Shown piece after piece: positions 58,697 to 64,000 of a stretch of 64,000 nucleotides of DNA. Position numbers and translations under genes: made by a program. A model generated the notes under the pieces. The model was not told the DNA's origin, did not search any database, and saw only the letters and a list, made by a program, of their open reading frames with translations. Origin of the DNA: Phoronis australis (lineage: Eukaryota; Animalia; Phoronida); assembly GCA_002633005.1 (NCBI GenBank), contig NMRA01000124.1, positions 844,902-908,901 of the forward strand. The letters are read 5' to 3'. The stretch's first letter is position 1; each line of letters starts with the position of its first letter.

Positions 58697-59392
58697 NGTT
58701 TGTAACATTTGTCCGAAAATGAAATGACATCATCGCCTCTGTATTTAAACCTTTTTGCCGAATTTCATGAAAATCCGTCAAGAAAGTCCAAAGATATAGG
58801 CAAACATACTAAAAAACTTAAATTGCCCAAAGGTGTCATGTAATATAATGAGACACTGCTCTCCACGTGTATGCAAATATGTCTTAATCTATTCCCAGGG
58901 GATGTTCATACTCCTCCACGTGCATGCAAACATGTCTTAAAATATTCTCAGGGAATGTGCATACTTCTGTTTTGTGTTCTCACGTGCATGCAAACATGTC
59001 TTAGTCTATTCCCAGGGGATGTGTATACTTCAGTGGTAGTCGAGATTTCTAAAGGATGTACATATCTCTAGAGTGGCAATTATATGGAGATTTCTCACGG
59101 GATAGGCACATTCCTGGTGTAGCAAATCTAGGAAGAGTGGCAGTTATGCAAGAATTTTCTATAGGATAGTCAATTAGTTGGTTGTAAGAGAGATGTACTA
59201 AAAGAGGTGGGACCATCACGTGATGGCTCCAAAGGTATTATTTAAGACAGAGGCAGATCAATTAGACCGCACCGAACAAGACGACTGAAGTCTTCAAAAA
59301 CTGCAAAGTCACGATCTCAGCTAGACAGTGAACGGCAGGGACATAGGACCGGACGGGAAAACCCACGAGTCAAGCACAACCGAGGAAAAAAA

Positions 59393-59785
59393 ATGGCCGA
59401 ATCAATCTACAAAACACTACCCGCTGTCCGATTGGATGCATCGGTGGAAGGGCAGTGGATCGTCTTCCGCGTCGACCCCACGGCGGACGCCACTGTGTTG
59501 TCACTTGCAGATTTTGCAAGTATACAATACGGGGGTAATCAGACTCCAAAAGGACTATCGTGCGACAGACAGTCGTGGGGTGGCACAAAAGAAAGTGACG
59601 CCCAATACGCCCAGGTCTATTATGACCGGAGGGAATGCGTTGCGGATGTGGTCGACATTTTCTCACTGGAAGTGGAGATACAAGGGAGAACCAAGCATAT
59701 GCCTGTGGCAGTGGCAAACGTACCGGAGAGCCTGTTGGCGTCAGACTTTTTTCAAACGCTGCAGACTCATCCGTTACGGTTATAA
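59393..59785 (+). CDS. 130-aa retropepsin-like (retroviral aspartic protease fold) protein with degenerate active site
   Basis: Intact intronless ORF, GC-richer than its flanks, ATG in AAAATGG context. LDASVEGQWIVFRVDPTADATVLS parallels the retropepsin pattern V-x-I-N-G-x-x-V-x-F-L-V-D-T-G-A-x-x-T-V-I-S; LEVEIQGRTKHMPVAVANVPESLLASDFFQTL parallels the C-terminal LLGRDFL motif. Confidence 0.65.
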   Translation: MAESIYKTLPAVRLDASVEGQWIVFRVDPTADATVLSLADFASIQYGGNQTPKGLSCDRQSWGGTKESDAQYAQVYYDRRECVADVVDIFSLEVEIQGRTKHMPVAVANVPESLLASDFFQTLQTHPLRL

Positions 59786-60755
59786 ATAATTAAATAATAT
59801 GTAGGTGTAATGTGCTATATTCTTAGTTAGTTTAGTTGGGGTGGCACTTTCATGGTTAATTAATTAGTTACGATATGAGATATTTTGGTGGATTTGGTTT
59901 AAGGGGAACTGTGACTTAGTTATGATTTTAATGGATATAAAGTATATTTGTTCATGTAATAAGGGGTTGGTATAAAGTTTGTTTGGTAATAGAAACATTC
60001 TGTATGTGTGTGTTACATTATATCAATTGTTGGGAAAGTTTATTGTGGTTGATATTTCGTTGTGAGATGCTGTTTGTTAACCTGTTTAACGATCATCTGG
60101 AGGCTGACGACTTTCCATGTTTTATCATTGTTTTTTTTTGTATATCTATTGCAGTTGTATGGCGATCATCTGGGTGAAACTTTACATTGTCGGAAAATCT
60201 ACGACTTCCCAAAAATTTATTGTGTAAATGTTTTGGCTTAACAAAAGGGGGGAGTGTAATATAATGAGACACTGCTCTCCACGTGTATGCAAACATGTCT
60301 TAAAATATTCTCAGGGAATGTGCATACTTCTGTTTTGTGTTCTCACGTGCATGCAAACATGTCTTAGTCTATTCCCAGGGGATGTGTATACTTCAGTGGT
60401 AGTCGAGATTTCTAAAGGATGTACATATCTCTAGAGTGGCAATTATATGGAGATTTCTCACGGGATAGGCACATTCCTGGTGTAGCAAATCTAGGAAGAG
60501 TGGCAGTTATGCAAGAATTTTCTATAGGATAGTCAATTAGTTGGTTGTAAGAGAGATGTACTAAAAGAGGTGGGACCATCACGTGATGGCTCCAAAGGTA
60601 TTATTTAAGACAGAGGCAGATCAATTAGACCGCACCGAACAAGACGACTGAAGTCTTCAAAAACTGCAAAGTCACGATCTCAGCTAGACAGTGAACGGCA
60701 GGGACATAGCACCGGACGGGAAAACCCACGAGTCAAGCACAACCGAGGAAAAAAA

Positions 60756-60996
60756 ATGGCCGAATCAATCTACAAAACGCTACCCGCTGTCCGATTGGAT
60801 GCATCGGTGGAAGGGCAGTGGATCGTCTTCCGCGTCGACCCCACGGCGGACGCCACTGTGTTGTCACTTGCAGATTTTGTAAGCATACAATACGGGGGTA
60901 ATTAGACTCCAAAAGGACTATCGTGCGACAGACAGTCGTGGGGTGGCACAAAAGAAAGTGACGCCCAATACGCCAAGGTCTATTATGACCGGAGGG
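60756..60996 (+). pseudogene. Truncated second copy of the retropepsin-like ORF
   Basis: Near-identical to 59393-59633, but codon 50 CAG is TAG (60903-60905) and homology stops at 60996. Confidence 0.8.
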
Positions 60997-61504
60997 TCTC
61001 AGCCTGTTAGTCAATTCGAACCAGTCTAGCGATTGTTCTAGAGGGTTAGTTCTTTTGCGACTTGTAATGCGTTTACATGTGCGGTTGCTACTGGTAACTG
61101 GTGACATTGTTATTTAGTACTTTCCCCAGCAGTGATATCTCTTCTCGTTCAGTTAGTCGTCAGTCTCACATCTTATTGTAAACTATTGTTTGTTAATCAC
61201 AACGCTGCAAATTAATAGACGTATTTTATTGGTTGAGGTATTTGTGTGTTGTTTTAATTACTACCACGTGCACGCCATCTGTCCGCCGCAACACGATTCA
61301 TTACACCACAAAGTAAATACGGTAAGGCAATACAGTGAACTCGACGTTGAGAACAACATTACCTAGAAGTAAATAACAAATGCTGTGTACATACAAGAAA
61401 AAAGGGTACAAATGATGAGGTGTTTAAAATCGCTCATTTTCCCAATACAAGTCCTTCCAAGTACAGGACATGCAGTGCAGACTCTGTTCATGGTTATCAA
61501 TTTT

Positions 61505-62521
61505 GCTATTTTGCGTCATAAAGACGAAATAGTGTTGGCTTTCGTAAATGGAAAAGCAGTGCCTGAAGGATTAGAGAAAGGAAAATTTTGCACCTTGTTA
61601 AAAGAGGTCTAAACATGGCCTCTCGGTCAGCCAAGATACAAAGGTAATTTTTATGAAGAATCAATTATTTTCTAGTGTGGTAATATAATTATTGTTTGTT
61701 ACATTTTCGTGTGTTATTATACATATTGCTGTTTTTCATGTTATGTGATTATTGTCATGGATCGGAAAATTAAACATGTTACCATTAGTAGGTGGTAAGA
61801 CTAAATCGTTAAAGTGAGTAAATGTTCATTTATTTTACATATTTTTCCTGACGTGGCACCCTTCGATTACAGCAAATCTTCTGTAGAAGGATAACTGAGG
61901 CCCCCAGTCGTTAGCATCGATGAAATCATCAATAGTCCTCGGAAAATGCGAGTGTCAGTTCGCGGCACAGTGACCAAGGTCAGAGAAACCGTAACTTACA
62001 AGAGCAAATCAGTGCAAAAAGTAATAAGACTGAACGATCAAGTTGATGTAAAATTATGGGGAGCTAAAAGTAGCTTCGACTTAAAAGAAAATGACATTAC
62101 AGAAACTTTGGCCTTAGAAACTGACGAATGGGAGAAAATCGTCAGCCTTAACAGCACTCTTAGTACTACATAGGAGGTCAAAGAAGAGGAACATGAACTT
62201 CTATTGGATATTAAAGCTACCAACAACAGGTAAGACAGTATTATTTCTTCATACAAATTTTTGAGGTGCAAAGGTAGTAATACAATCGATTTTCATGTAG
62301 GTATAATTTTCTTTTTAATTAATGTAAGTTTATGTTTTAGTTAATATATTACCGTTCTGTAAATTAATCTATCTTTAACGTCCTATGTTACACTGAGATT
62401 GTCACCATGGGTGGAGAGGTATACCCGTTTTTCGTGAATCATACCAAGTGGTCAGCGCCCTCTAACCGTCAAAGCAACCATTCAACGGGGTTCAGTGATC
62501 GAAATGCGACCTGTAGATTAA
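61505..62521 (+). pseudogene. OB-fold gene copy C (5'-truncated, disrupted)
   Basis: Near-identical to copy B (repeat unit 61311-62538 vs 57350-58696); 5-bp deletion near 61604, TAA and TAG stops, lost acceptors. Confidence 0.6.
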
Positions 62522-63186
62522 GGGATTTGGCATCAGGATTTTTTTAAATAGTTTTGTTGTAAACGTGCCGTATTCCACGCAGTTTTTTGGGTGTTGGTTT
62601 GTGATAAACAGGTAGTAACGTTTTTTGGACACGAAGCATTGCTAACTTCATTAGTTCTTCCACGATCATTTTTTTTAACTTCCTTTACTTGTTTTCCCTT
62701 CTTAGATGCGTATCTTTCTGATTGTCTTGTTATAGTAATGAAGCTGTTTTCATTCAACGCCTATGTCAGTTAAATAGCCCAATATTGCCCGTGAACTCAA
62801 ATTTCGAAATAATTAGTTAATTTTTGAAAAATTTTCCTGATTGTCGACTACAGCGTACATATCAATATTACTGTTAACTTGTTTGATTGTAATTTCATGA
62901 TAATTTAATGCGTTGAATAAGCAAAAACTATGATCGTTCAAGAACTAATTAAACGCTTTAATTAAGTAAAACTTTGCTTTCAACTCGTTCTAGGACCTCT
63001 TGGGATTTTTTATTATAGAACTTGAATTTTATTGTATATCAAACATAACATCAATGCGTTGATGTTATTTTTGTATTTTACAACGTTCTCGGAAATTGAG
63101 TTTCGAGTTTCTGAGTTTTGGCAGCATTTGAAATATTGTTAAAATACAATGTGCGTTAATTTAAGAGGATTTTTGTAGATAACATA

Positions 63187-64000
63187 CCGTATTCGCCGTA
63201 ATAACCGCCCATGCCCCTATAAGGGCCCCCCACGCGTTTTCAGACTTTGCTGAAATAAGCGCCCAGTCCATGAACGTGTACATGCGAACAATGACGTACC
63301 TACAGTTCTAAAACTCGGCTACATATAAGCGCCCCCCCACGCGTTTTCAGACTTTGCTGAAATAAGAGCCCAGTCCATGAATGTGTACATGCGAACAATG
63401 ACGTACCTACAGTTCTAAAACTCGGCTACAGTAACGTCTTAAATTTACCAAAAAAATTTTTGCACGGGTCTTCTAGACCACCAGCGGCACTGCTACGATT
63501 GTATTTAGCCGTGACAAAGTAACGCAGCGCTTCAAAAAGAACGCAACAGCGTTGCTACGCTCTCGCGACGACCGTGTCCCATGGTCTGACCTTTCAGTAG
63601 ACACATCGACTGTCTCATGAATAAAAATAACTCGGTGTTAAACGCACGTGGCCATGAAGCGCGCGCTACATAACCTGTCATCAAAGACATTAGTTGGGAA
63701 CTATCCATTCATGAAGCGGGTAGCATAGCATCGATAAGAAATGAATACTGGAACTAATTTCCGACATTTTCAAAGACTATCAACATGTTTGCGTTATTTT
63801 TGAGATGGATTGTTTGATTAACCGTAATTGGTGTTATTAAGCCGAATATCCGATAAAATGACAACTGACACTGAATGCTTACACACCCTTACACCGAAAA
63901 ATAACTGTCAGATAGTTACGTACCCATCCAGCTACACGGCGACTAATATGGGCCTTGCCGAGACAAATGTCGAAAGTTTTTAGCACGAGACCGGCAAGTG
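63187..64000. mobile_element. Probable left end of a pogo/Tc1-mariner-type DNA element with an internal ~105-bp tandem duplication
   Basis: TA|CCGTATTCGCCGTAATAACCGCCC terminus; repeated ATAAGCGCCC-like subterminal motifs; duplication about 63220-63430; right end not in the window. Confidence 0.45.

Larger units (their letters stand above)
58839..61310 (+). mobile_element. Non-autonomous LTR-retrotransposon-derived element (Gypsy-like ends) with a single small ORF
   Basis: Direct repeats 58839-59633 and 60255-60996 both start TGTAATATAATGA. The second is immediately preceded by the polypurine tract AAAAGGGGGGAG (60243-60254). The element ends TCATTACACCACA at 61310 (10/13 inverted match to the start, TG...CA). 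No gag, RT or integrase; no TSD or PBS seen. Confidence 0.7.

Noticed and set aside
58861-59030. CRISPR-like repeat-spacer array
   Set aside because: Eukaryotic context; the units are degenerate tandem repeats without unique spacers and no cas genes are present.
59328-59789. Overlapping 153-aa (+) and 115-aa (-) ORFs over the retropepsin-like ORF
   Set aside because: The 153-aa frame starts at GTG, neither has recognisable motifs, and both are likely shadows of a GC-richer coding region.
58831-61315. Target-site duplication and tRNA primer-binding site for the LTR element
   Set aside because: Left flank TGTCA and right flank AAGTA do not match, and no convincing TGG-initiated PBS was found; the left flank is 140 bp from an N gap.

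Overview
AT-rich, intron-rich animal (invertebrate) genomic DNA from a draft assembly with single-N contig joins. (1) A complete Mi-2/CHD3-4-5 chromatin remodeller gene on + (34 traced coding exons, 1958-32738, about 1998 aa) with one U12-type minor intron and candidate alternative C-terminal exons. (2) A convergent FGFR1OP/CEP43 (FOP) gene on - (14 traced exons, 50746-33327; first coding exon not found) that encodes an internal EF-hand pair. (3) A region at 51-64 kb, probably FOP intron 1, with a decayed GPCR-like sequence, a tandem array of spliced but broken tandem OB-fold (RPA/HIN-like) genes, and an LTR-type element (PPT, TG...CA ends, enhancer repeats) whose only cargo is a stand-alone 130-aa retropepsin-like ORF with a degenerate catalytic motif (DPTA instead of DTGA/DSGA). 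Several MITE families occur, including CAGGG-ended elements with 6-bp TSDs. All family calls come from motif recognition by eye; no database searches were run.
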